In this document: piece by piece, positions 1-7,828 of the stretch
How the letters are laid out: each line of letters opens with the position of its first letter
How positions within the stretch are numbered: position 1 is the first letter of the stretch
Assembly (NCBI GenBank): GCA_964402565.1
Contig: CAYOCJ010000001.1
Location: forward strand, 96,079 to 160,078
Reading direction: 5' to 3'
Length of the DNA stretch: 64,000 bases
Origin: an uncultured Gammaproteobacteria bacterium
Lineage (GTDB): Bacteria > Patescibacteriota > Patescibacteriia > UBA1558 > 2-01-FULL-52-15
Position numbers and translations under genes: made by a program
The notes under the pieces: generated by a model
Databases searched by the model: none
What the model saw: only the letters and a program-made list of their open reading frames with translations
Told to the model about the DNA's origin: nothing

Positions 1-881
1 CCGATCTGATAGGGAAGAAGGTCATACTCGTCGACTTCTGGACCTATAGCTGCATCAATTGTCAGCGCACAACACCATACCTGAACGCGTGGTATGACAA
101 ATATAAAGATCAGGGCCTCGAGATCATTGGCGTGCATACACCAGAGTTCGATTTTGAAAAAGTGTATGACAATGTAAAGAAAGCAGTTGAAAAAGAAGGC
201 ATTAAATTCCCCGTTGTCCTCGACAATGATTATTCAACGTGGATGTCGTATCGCAACCAGTACTGGCCGCGCAAGTATCTGATCGATATCGACGGGTACA
301 TCGTGTATGACCATATCGGCGAAGGCGGATATGATGAGACCGAGCAGAAAATTCAGGAAGCGCTCGCCGAACGAATGAGCGCTTTACATGAACAGGGTAC
401 CGTGCAATCAGGCATGGTTTCTCCTGACCATGTGGAAGTGCCGAAAGCCCAGAGTCCTGAAACGTACTTTGGCGCAGGTAGAAATCATCTGGGTTCTGGT
501 GCATCACAATCAGTAGGCACACAAACCCTGTCGAGGCCGACAACATTGAATGATGATACTGCCTACTTGGTTGGTGATTGGGACTTTACTTCCGAATATG
601 CACGCACGACTGGCAACTCTGCGAGTATTCTCTTCCGCTATTCGGCTGAAAATGTGTATTTTGTCGCAAGCGGCGAGACGCCGGTTCGTGTGAAAGTATT
701 GATCGATGGCCAGCCAGCGGGCGATCGTGCTGGCGCGGATGTCGATAGCGACGGATATGCGACCATCAGCGGCGATTCGCTCTATGAATTGATCGCTGAT
801 CCGAAAGGCGTAGGCACGCACACCATTGAATTGCAGATAGAAAAACCTGGTCTCAAAGCATTTACATTTACCTTCGGTTAG
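1..881 (+). CDS. thioredoxin-fold thiol-disulfide oxidoreductase (redoxin/TlpA-like), 5' partial, with a C-terminal extension of unknown function
   Basis: The frame of ORF 132..881 stays open to the window edge. Translating from nt 3 gives DLIGKKVILVDFWTYSCINCQRTTPYLNAWYDKYKDQGLEIIGVHTPEF, with the CxxC (CINC) redoxin motif in the standard thioredoxin-fold context. About 150 aa of unassigned sequence follows. Confidence 0.55.
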   Translation, partial: DLIGKKVILVDFWTYSCINCQRTTPYLNAWYDKYKDQGLEIIGVHTPEFDFEKVYDNVKKAVEKEGIKFPVVLDNDYSTWMSYRNQYWPRKYLIDIDGYIVYDHIGEGGYDETEQKIQEALAERMSALHEQGTVQSGMVSPDHVEVPKAQSPETYFGAGRNHLGSGASQSVGTQTLSRPTTLNDDTAYLVGDWDFTSEYARTTGNSASILFRYSAENVYFVASGETPVRVKVLIDGQPAGDRAGADVDSDGYATISGDSLYELIADPKGVGTHTIELQIEKPGLKAFTFTFG

Positions 882-1177
882 AACAGCGGTATACTTATAC
901 CAGACCTGAGAGCAACGGGGGGAAAGATTAACCCTCACGCCAACCTCCGGGGAAATACCGCGCGATGTTCGCGTAGCCCGAACAGGCAGGCACAAGAATG
1001 GTTTCTCAAGCCCCTAACACTCTCATGTCCCCCTCGGGGCTGTTCGTTTTTTGGACAGCCCCAAATTTTTTGATAGTCTTGCGATTTTTTGACCTATTGG
1101 GTATGGTGTGCTGTGAACTTGTTTCACTTTGTACTTTTCACAATGAGGAATAATCGACCATACACAGGAGGTGTACG

Positions 1178-1981
1178 ATGGCGATGCCCATCAATCTGAT
1201 CCTCGTTCGGCACGGAGAGTCCGAAGGCAACCTTGCGAATGATTTGTCACGGAAGGGCGATCACAGCGCTTTCACAGAAGAATTCAAGAAGAGATCCAGC
1301 GCTCACTGGAGACTTACGGACCGGGGACGTTCGCAGGCACGCGCTGCCGGCCAGTGGCTCAGAATGAATTTTTCAGATCCGTTCGACCGGCGCTATAGCT
1401 CGGATTTCATCCGAGCTCTTGAAACGGCCGGCAATCTGGGCATCCCGGGGCCTTGGTTCAGGGAGGTATACCTGACCGAACGCAGCTGGGGGCAGCTCGA
1501 CGTCATGTCGCAGCAGGAGCGCGAAGAGCGCTTCGCCGAAGAAATGGCGCGTAGAGAGCGCGACAACATGTACTGGAGCCCGAGCGGAGGAGAGACAGCG
1601 ATTGATGTCTGTGTTCGCCTCTACCCGATCTTTCACATGCTGCACCGCGAGTGCAGCGACATGAACGTGCTGATGGTGTGTCACGGCGATGTCATCAGAC
1701 CGGTCATGTCGCGTCTCCAGAGGATGACCCAGCAGCAGTACGAAGCGATGTCGATGTCCAGAGATCCGCTGGATCGGATCCATAACTGCCAGATCGTGCA
1801 TTATACCAGACGCAATCCTGATACCGGCGAGCTTTCCAGGCATCTGAACTGGGTCAAGAAAGTATGTCCCTGGGATGCGAAGCTTTCGCGCGGCACCTGG
1901 CAGTACTTCGATCGCCCTCGGTACACGAGCGCCGATCTGCTCAAAGAGGTCGAGGCGTATCCTCAATTGGTCAACAGTTAG
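1178..1981 (+). CDS. histidine phosphatase superfamily protein (phosphoglycerate-mutase-like)
   Basis: N-terminus LILVRHGESEGN carries the RHG catalytic motif of branch-1 histidine phosphatases. An SD-like aggagg lies 6 nt upstream of the ATG. Confidence 0.55.
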   Translation: MAMPINLILVRHGESEGNLANDLSRKGDHSAFTEEFKKRSSAHWRLTDRGRSQARAAGQWLRMNFSDPFDRRYSSDFIRALETAGNLGIPGPWFREVYLTERSWGQLDVMSQQEREERFAEEMARRERDNMYWSPSGGETAIDVCVRLYPIFHMLHRECSDMNVLMVCHGDVIRPVMSRLQRMTQQQYEAMSMSRDPLDRIHNCQIVHYTRRNPDTGELSRHLNWVKKVCPWDAKLSRGTWQYFDRPRYTSADLLKEVEAYPQLVNS

Positions 1982-2024
1982 CTCATGCTTGTTTTCGGGA
2001 GAGGACAGACACTCTCCCGTTCCT

Positions 2025-2098
2025 GGGCCCGTAGTAAAGTGGTATTACATGGCATTCGCATTGCTAAGGCGGGAGTTCGATTCTCCCCGGGTCCACCA
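2025..2098 (+). tRNA. tRNA-Ala (anticodon CGC)
   Basis: I folded a cloverleaf by hand. The acceptor stem gggcccg pairs with cgggtcc and includes G3:U70, the alanine identity pair. D-stem gtaa/ttac, anticodon stem tggca/tgcta, loop ttCGCat, T-arm gggag-ttcgatt-ctccc, discriminator A and an encoded CCA. Confidence 0.75.
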
Positions 2099-2125
2099 GA
2101 GTGAAAATGTGATAGAATAGTAGTA

Positions 2126-2395
2126 ATGGCTTTTGAATTACCACAACAGCGAGTAGATGATCCAGCTTTTTTAGAGAAATTCCTCGATACTGTTGCTGAT
2201 GAATTGGAAGAATTAGCAACAAGTCCTGATCATCAATTTTCTGACAGCGAGCTCGATATTGTAAAGAATTTTCGCGAACATAAGAAACTACCGAGAGAGC
2301 ATCTCTGGTTCCACAATTTGCTCGTTCGAGTTGGACAAGATTTTCGATTAACGCCGGATGAGATAGAGGTATTGCGTGACAAGTTTTTGGAATAA
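2126..2395 (+). CDS. hypothetical acidic small protein
   Basis: 89-aa ORF starting 28 nt after the tRNA. No recognisable motif. Confidence 0.3.
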   Translation: MAFELPQQRVDDPAFLEKFLDTVADELEELATSPDHQFSDSELDIVKNFREHKKLPREHLWFHNLLVRVGQDFRLTPDEIEVLRDKFLE

Positions 2396-2665
2396 GCCTT
2401 TACTTTTTTTCGCTTTCTGATATCTTAACTATATTGTTCTTTAACATCAGCTAGTTATCCAGAGTGAGCCGAGGGATTTGGCCCTATGACGCTCCAACAA
2501 CCTATCCTGACTTTTATAAGTATGGATAAGGTGCTTCTTCCAACCGCGAAGTCTGCGGAAAGATAATCAACTGTGTTAAAGATGTCCCATCTCAAACAGT
2601 ACCATGCTTTCGCAGGGTATTTTTTGTTTCTATGATCGAGAGAAACTCGATCAAAAGGAGACGGT

Positions 2666-2893
2666 ATGCATGATTTGGCGACCTTGGCACGATTGAATTC
2701 AGAAGCAGTTGACCGCGAGGCGCGACGTGATCTGCGCTATCGAGAAGCTTCACAGCGATTGTCCGAAAAGGGCTATCGCGCGGAGCCGATTTTTGCAGAT
2801 GGACGACTCGTCGCAGTTCGTTACTTCATGCACGGAAAAGAGAATGGCATCATCTTTTTTGGCCTGGAGTCTTTCCTTGCTTCACAAAGCTAG
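2666..2893 (+). CDS. hypothetical small protein
   Basis: 75-aa ORF with aaaggag 6 nt upstream. It is followed by a perfect 14-15 bp hairpin at 2899..2932, which is terminator-like. Confidence 0.35.
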   Translation: MHDLATLARLNSEAVDREARRDLRYREASQRLSEKGYRAEPIFADGRLVAVRYFMHGKENGIIFFGLESFLASQS

Positions 2894-2898
2894 GAAGT

Positions 2899-2932
2899 TG
2901 CAGGACGGTCTTCTCTCGAAGACCGTCCTGCA
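2899..2932 (+). terminator. stem-loop, probable intrinsic terminator
   Basis: tGCAGGACGGTCTTC-tctc-GAAGACCGTCCTGCa is a perfect 15-bp inverted repeat followed by an A/T-rich stretch. Confidence 0.45.
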
Positions 2933-2971
2933 GGAATTTTAGTTTGCCTAAATTACGTAATAATAACGCGT

Positions 2972-3919
2972 ATGATTTTTCCTATTGAGAAAACATGTGA
3001 GTTTGTAACACCGAAGCATCCGGACAAAATGTGCGACTTTATTTCTGATTCGATCCTGGACGCTTTTCTAAGCGTCGATCACAAGAGCCGTGTGGCTATA
3101 GAAACGTTGGGCGGGCATGGCAGGATAGTGATTTGCGGCGAGGTGACCAGCAATGGCGTAGTGAATATTCAGGATGTGGTTCGTGGCATCGTCGGCGATA
3201 ATTTTATCATAGAGGTATACGTTACAGAGCAAAGTCCTGAGATAGCTGCCGGTGTAGATACCGGGGGCGCAGGAGATCAAGGTATTATGGCAGGTTATGC
3301 AACAGCGGAGACAAAGAGCTTATTACCATATGAGTATGAGCTGGCCCGAACTTTATGCCAGAAAATATATGAGCATTACCCCTATGATGGTAAGGTGCAG
3401 GTAACCGCTCGGGATGGAAATGTAGCGACGGTTGTTGCGAGCTTTCAAAATACACATACATCAGAACTTACTTCACTCGTAAAACAGTATATAGAAGCCC
3501 AGGAGTATCTGATCAATCCTGCAGGTGAATGGCAGCTTGGCGGTTTTGATGCAGATGCCGGGCTTACGGGAAGAAAAATAATTATCGATAACTATGGCCC
3601 GCAGATTCCTGTCGGTGGAGGAGCGTTCTCTGGCAAAGACTACACTAAGGTGGATCGCAGCGCAGCGTATATGGCGCGCTATATAGCAACAGAGTATCTG
3701 AAAAAAACAGGCGCCCAGGAAGCGAATGTGAAAATCGCCTACGCAATCGGAAAAGCTGAACCCGTGATGGCCACCGTCATTCTCGATGGAAGAGTGGAGC
3801 GCATTAACGGGTTTGATTTACGTCCAAGGTCCATTGCCGCGTTGCTTGATTTGGCACAGCCGAGGTATGCCAAGACCAGTCAGTGGGGGCACTTTGGTTT
3901 AAGCTTTCCCTGGCGATAA
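2972..3919 (+). CDS. metK: S-adenosylmethionine synthetase (compact form, 315 aa)
   Basis: N-terminal PKHPDKMCDFISDSILDA matches the GHPDKxxDxISDAxLDA motif. GAGDQGIMAGYA, LTGRKIIIDNYG and GGGAFSGKDYTKVDRSAAYMARY are MetK signatures. It is shorter than the ~384-aa E. coli enzyme through loop deletions. Confidence 0.8.
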   Translation: MIFPIEKTCEFVTPKHPDKMCDFISDSILDAFLSVDHKSRVAIETLGGHGRIVICGEVTSNGVVNIQDVVRGIVGDNFIIEVYVTEQSPEIAAGVDTGGAGDQGIMAGYATAETKSLLPYEYELARTLCQKIYEHYPYDGKVQVTARDGNVATVVASFQNTHTSELTSLVKQYIEAQEYLINPAGEWQLGGFDADAGLTGRKIIIDNYGPQIPVGGGAFSGKDYTKVDRSAAYMARYIATEYLKKTGAQEANVKIAYAIGKAEPVMATVILDGRVERINGFDLRPRSIAALLDLAQPRYAKTSQWGHFGLSFPWR

Positions 3920-3954
3920 TAGCAGTAGGCGCTTGACGTTTTTTATGACCATGC

Positions 3955-3982
3955 TAGTATGTGTATATAATACACTAAGTTA
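3955..3982. promoter_or_regulatory. palindromic operator-like site overlapping a sigma70-like promoter (TTGACG-N16-TAGTAT) upstream of the Nudix-wHTH regulator gene
   Basis: tagtatGTGTATataATACACtaagtta has a perfect GTGTAT/ATACAC core at 3961..3975. A TTGACG at 3933..3938 sits 16 nt before TAGTAT. Confidence 0.4.
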
Positions 3983-3987
3983 TACAC

Positions 3988-4662
3988 ATGAAGAATGTGC
4001 AGAAAAAGTACGATTTTGCGGTCATAGCTGTAGATACGGTTATTTTTACTGTTCGCGATAACGCCCTTCAGATATTACTCATGAAAATGAAAAAGGACCC
4101 GTACCAGAACTGCTGGGCTATTCCAGGAGGCTTGGTACAACCTGATGAATCCGTGGATACTGCAGCAGTCAGGCATCTCAAAGAAAAGACCGGTGTTGAT
4201 TCAGTCTATCTGGAGCAGCTTTATACGTTTGGCAAAGTGGATCGCGATCCATTTGGCCGAGTAGTGTCTGTCGCATACTATGCGCTTGTACCAAGTAATT
4301 CAATACATCTGAAGAAGCAAAGACAAGGGCCTGAAGTTACTTTCTTTCCGGTTAAAAAAGTCCCGCAGTTAGCGTATGACCATGCAACGATTTTGGATAC
4401 AGCAGTCAATCGCGTTAAAGCGAAATTGGCATATACCAATATCGTCTATAGCTTATTGCAGAAGGAGTTTACATTGCGGGACCTGCAGCAAACCTATGAA
4501 ATTATCTTAGGCAAGAAACTTGATAAGAGAAATTTTAGAAAAAAAATCTTTGCTTTGGATCTGGTCAGGAAGACAGGTCGCAGCGAGCGGGGAGCGGCAA
4601 ATAGGCCGGCTGAATTGTTTTCATTCAAGAGCACAAAAGCGCAGATAGTAGCGGTCCTTTGA
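3988..4662 (+). CDS. Nudix-domain plus C-terminal winged-helix protein, NrtR-like transcriptional regulator of NAD metabolism
   Basis: GGLVQPDESVDTAAVRHLKEKTGV is a degenerate Nudix box (RHLKEKTG in place of REUXEEXGU). The C-terminal ~90 aa, LRDLQQTYEIILGKKLDKRNFRKKIFALDLV, looks like the NrtR wHTH. The gene is flanked by two related palindromes and sits beside an NAD-gene island. Confidence 0.5.
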   Translation: MKNVQKKYDFAVIAVDTVIFTVRDNALQILLMKMKKDPYQNCWAIPGGLVQPDESVDTAAVRHLKEKTGVDSVYLEQLYTFGKVDRDPFGRVVSVAYYALVPSNSIHLKKQRQGPEVTFFPVKKVPQLAYDHATILDTAVNRVKAKLAYTNIVYSLLQKEFTLRDLQQTYEIILGKKLDKRNFRKKIFALDLVRKTGRSERGAANRPAELFSFKSTKAQIVAVL

Positions 4663-4674
4663 TATTTTTTTGTT

Positions 4675-4704
4675 CTTAGTTAGTGTGTAATTTACACTAA
4701 TTAA
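4675..4704. promoter_or_regulatory. second copy of the palindromic operator-like motif
   Basis: ttagttagtGTGTAAtTTACACtaattaa, core 4685..4697. It shares the half-site TACACTAA(G/T)TTA and a left arm TAGT(A)TGTGTA(T/A) with the site at 3955..3982. Confidence 0.4.
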
Positions 4705-4773
4705 CAATTAAGCTGAGTTTATTGGAAAAAATGAAATTAGATGGGTTCGTGTAACCTATACATTCTTTTCATA

Positions 4774-4799
4774 AAATTCAGCTTAAATTAGCTGAATTT
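4774..4799. repeat. perfect 10-bp inverted repeat AAATTCAGCT-taaatt-AGCTGAATTT
   Basis: Read directly in the AT-rich 290-nt intergenic region. Confidence 0.5.
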
Positions 4800-4951
4800 A
4801 ACTATAGTTCTTTGTTACGACAGTTGAACTTACAAAGAGTTGACTTTTTAGCCAATTTTTAGTAAGGTTTCGGGTCTTCAAAACGGCACATGCCATGTTT
4901 TTGAGGACCCACCGGTTCCTTGAAAACTTGGTTTCTTACTGAATTGAAAAA

Positions 4952-5911
4952 ATGAGGTGCACTGTGTTTTTCAGACGCGATAAAACCGAGGACGCAGTAC
5001 CGCCGCAAGCACGTAGTATCGAACAAGTACAGACAGAAGAAGTCTCGGCAGATCTCACCGGTCAATTCCAATGCGCAGGCGGCACCGTCATCGGACGGGA
5101 GCATCGTCTGGCCGGAAAGAACGGACATGATGCATTTTGCATCGCTGTGACACCAACAGCAGTCATCGCAGTCGTAACAGACGGATGCGGCAGCGGCAGC
5201 CACAGCGAAGTCGGAGCAAAATTGGGCGCGCAGCTACTTCTCAGAAGCGCGCAAGGTTTTCTGCATGTCCTGGACGATCAGAAGCTATCACATGATCCCT
5301 CGCTGCTCGGCGAAGCATTTTGGCTTTGCGTGCAGAAGGATGTTGCATCGCGGTTGTATCTCCTGGCGGATTCTCTGCCAGGAAATCAAGTCGCGGCCAT
5401 CAACGACTACTTCTTGTTCTCGACGATGGCAGCCCTGATCACACCACAACATTCGTATGTTGTTTCATTTGGAGACGGTGTCTATGCCGTTAACGGTGTA
5501 GTGAGCGTGGTGGGTCCGTATCCGGGAAACGCGCCTCCGTATCTGATGTACTCGATGCTTCGTTCCTCGCTCATGCAACAAGATCCTTCGCAATTGAAGT
5601 TCCAGATCCGACAGTATCTGCCTACTTATGAGTTGGAGTCATTACTCCTGGGCTCGGACGGTGTTGTTGATCTGATCAACGAACAGGACGCGACGCTTCC
5701 TGGGAAGGAAGAGCTGGTCGGCCCGCTGTCTCAATTTTGGTCGAGTGACCGCTACTTCAAGAATCCTGACATCGTACGCCGAAGGCTTACGCTCATTAAT
5801 CGTGATGCAAGCCAGAGCGGAACAGAGGGAAGGATCCATACGGTAGGGCGCTTGCCAGATGACACGACGTTGGCCGTTGTGCGGAGGACTTGTCTTCGCG
5901 AGGAGAGCTGA
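4952..5911 (+). CDS. PP2C-family serine/threonine phosphatase
   Basis: GTVIGREHRLAGKNGHDAFCI ... AVVTDGCGSGSHSEVGAKLG follows the PP2C pattern G..G..R..N.D then DGxGG...G. It overlaps the next gene by TGATG. Confidence 0.5.
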   Translation: MRCTVFFRRDKTEDAVPPQARSIEQVQTEEVSADLTGQFQCAGGTVIGREHRLAGKNGHDAFCIAVTPTAVIAVVTDGCGSGSHSEVGAKLGAQLLLRSAQGFLHVLDDQKLSHDPSLLGEAFWLCVQKDVASRLYLLADSLPGNQVAAINDYFLFSTMAALITPQHSYVVSFGDGVYAVNGVVSVVGPYPGNAPPYLMYSMLRSSLMQQDPSQLKFQIRQYLPTYELESLLLGSDGVVDLINEQDATLPGKEELVGPLSQFWSSDRYFKNPDIVRRRLTLINRDASQSGTEGRIHTVGRLPDDTTLAVVRRTCLREES

Positions 5912-7782
5912 TGGAAATTTACATCGGAGGAAAAAGGTTTCGCCTTGACCCGACCGATGCCATCGGCAAAGGCGGAGAGGCTGACGTGTTCAGGACTGTT
6001 CCTGGCCGCGTGGTGAAGGTCTTCAAGCAACCTGACCATCCCGATTATGCGGGGTCGCCCGTCGAACAAGCTGGCGCTCGTCGAAGGATCGACGTGCACC
6101 AGAAGAAACTTCCCGCATTTCCCGCTGGTCTGCCCGCTCAGGTGATAAGCCCTCTGCAGCTGGCCACTGACCGCTTGGGGACACGCATTCTCGGTTACGA
6201 GATGCAGTTCCTGGATGGAGCAGAGGTGCTGCTCAAATACGGCACTCGCAGTTTTAGAGATGCCGGAGTCGATAACGAGACCGTGCTGAAGGTTTTTCGC
6301 AGCTTGCATCAGACAACGGCCGGTGTGCATGGGAAACAGGTCGTGATCGGCGACAATAACGATCTCAATATCCTGGTTCACGGCACCGACGCATACCTGA
6401 TCGATGCAGATAGTTTCCAGTTCGGCCCGTTCACGTGCGACGTTTTTACTGTCGATTTCGTGGATCCGCTGTGCTGTGATCCGTCGCTCACGAACCTCAT
6501 GCTGAAAAAGCCGCATTCGGTCAATTCTGACTGGTATGCGTATTCTGTGATGCTCATGCGAAGCCTTCTCTTCGTCGGACCCTACGGTGGCATCTATCGC
6601 CCGAATGATCCGAAGAAGCGTCTGACCCAGCCTGAGCGTCCCCTGCATCGGGTAACTGTTTTCCATCCCGATGTTCGGTATCCGAAGCCGGCAGTTCCCT
6701 ATGGGGTTTTGCCGGATGAGCTTCTGCAACACTTTCACCTGACCTTCGAGAAAGACAAGCGCGGTGTATTCCCGCTTGCGATTCTCGAATCCATGCGTTG
6801 GACGCGTTGTATGAATTGCGGAATCGAACATGCGCGCGTTCGCTGCCCTGAATGTGCGGCAGCAGCGCCTGCAGCGGTGAAAGAAGCAGTACGAGTCCGC
6901 GGCACAGTCTCATCGGCCAGGATCTTCGCTACCACGGGTTCCATCGTGTACTCGACGGTGCAAGACGGGAAGATGCGATGGCTGTATCACGAGAACAACG
7001 CTTTTAAGCGAGAAGATGGATCGATCGCAATCGCGAGTTCCTTGGATCCCCAAATGCGTTTCCGCATCAGCGGAGACCGTACGGCGATCGGAAAAGGAAA
7101 TCAGGTTGCTGTCGTGAAAGGCAATTCGCTGCTAGAACGGAAAGCGGTCGATAGTTTCGGCAACATTCCCATGTTCGACGCGAATAGCTCTCACTTCTAC
7201 TGGAGCGCTGAGGGCGAATTACGACGCGACGATACCATAGCCGATCTCACGATCGGCGCGGTCTTGGCCAAACAGACCTTGTTCTGGGTCGGCCAGGAAT
7301 TCGGTTTCGGTCTATACCGAGCCGGGAATTACAGCGTTGCGTTCGTCTTCAATGCGGAAAGCCGAGGCATCAACGATTCGGTGAAGCTGCCGCCGTTGCG
7401 CGGACAGCTGGTGGATGCAATTTGTGCGTTCACGTCTCAACTTTGCTGGTTTTTCACTGCGACGCAGAATGCCGGCGTTACGACCCACGCGGTTACCGTG
7501 GTGGGACGCGACGGCAAGGTGCTTGCCACAGCGGAAAGCCCAGCAGATGACGAGGCGCATTGGTTGCATACGATCCGTGGTCATGCAGCGACAGGTAATT
7601 TTCTGTTCATTGCAACTGACGAAGGTATTGTCCGTTTGAAACTCGATAACGGACAGCTCGTCAGAGATAAGGAATATCCAGATACCGAACCGTTCGTGAA
7701 TGCGGGCTGCAGTTTGCATGTCAGTCCGAAAGGTTTGTATGTTGTTGATCGTAAGGAGGTTCGACTGCTGACAATATCGTAA
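5890..7782 (+). CDS. protein-kinase-fold protein (atypical Ser/Thr kinase) with a ~400-aa C-terminal extension
   Basis: AIGKGGEADVF is a Gly-rich loop. VVKVFK may hold the Lys. VVIGDNNDLNILV looks like a catalytic loop with D..N. LIDADSFQF is DFG-like. An alternative start at 5911 (MEIYIGG) overlaps the PP2C stop. Confidence 0.5.
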   Translation: MSSRGELMEIYIGGKRFRLDPTDAIGKGGEADVFRTVPGRVVKVFKQPDHPDYAGSPVEQAGARRRIDVHQKKLPAFPAGLPAQVISPLQLATDRLGTRILGYEMQFLDGAEVLLKYGTRSFRDAGVDNETVLKVFRSLHQTTAGVHGKQVVIGDNNDLNILVHGTDAYLIDADSFQFGPFTCDVFTVDFVDPLCCDPSLTNLMLKKPHSVNSDWYAYSVMLMRSLLFVGPYGGIYRPNDPKKRLTQPERPLHRVTVFHPDVRYPKPAVPYGVLPDELLQHFHLTFEKDKRGVFPLAILESMRWTRCMNCGIEHARVRCPECAAAAPAAVKEAVRVRGTVSSARIFATTGSIVYSTVQDGKMRWLYHENNAFKREDGSIAIASSLDPQMRFRISGDRTAIGKGNQVAVVKGNSLLERKAVDSFGNIPMFDANSSHFYWSAEGELRRDDTIADLTIGAVLAKQTLFWVGQEFGFGLYRAGNYSVAFVFNAESRGINDSVKLPPLRGQLVDAICAFTSQLCWFFTATQNAGVTTHAVTVVGRDGKVLATAESPADDEAHWLHTIRGHAATGNFLFIATDEGIVRLKLDNGQLVRDKEYPDTEPFVNAGCSLHVSPKGLYVVDRKEVRLLTIS

Positions 7783-7828
7783 GCTTCGAAAACGTCCGCA
7801 TGACGATTTCCGTCACAAGGAGTGCAGG

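Noticed and set aside
1875-2120. 81-aa ORF overlapping the tRNA-Ala
   Set aside because: It is wholly explained by the tRNA gene and has no RBS.
5752-6831. 359-aa minus-strand ORF antisense to the kinase gene, and similar long antisense ORFs at 8948..9979, 13187..13909, 13671..14324, 16227..18071 and 31365-side extensions
   Set aside because: All lie in the ~60% GC island, where stop-free antisense frames are expected by chance. Their translations are R, H and C-rich junk with no motifs. The sense-strand genes have clear catalytic signatures and terminators.
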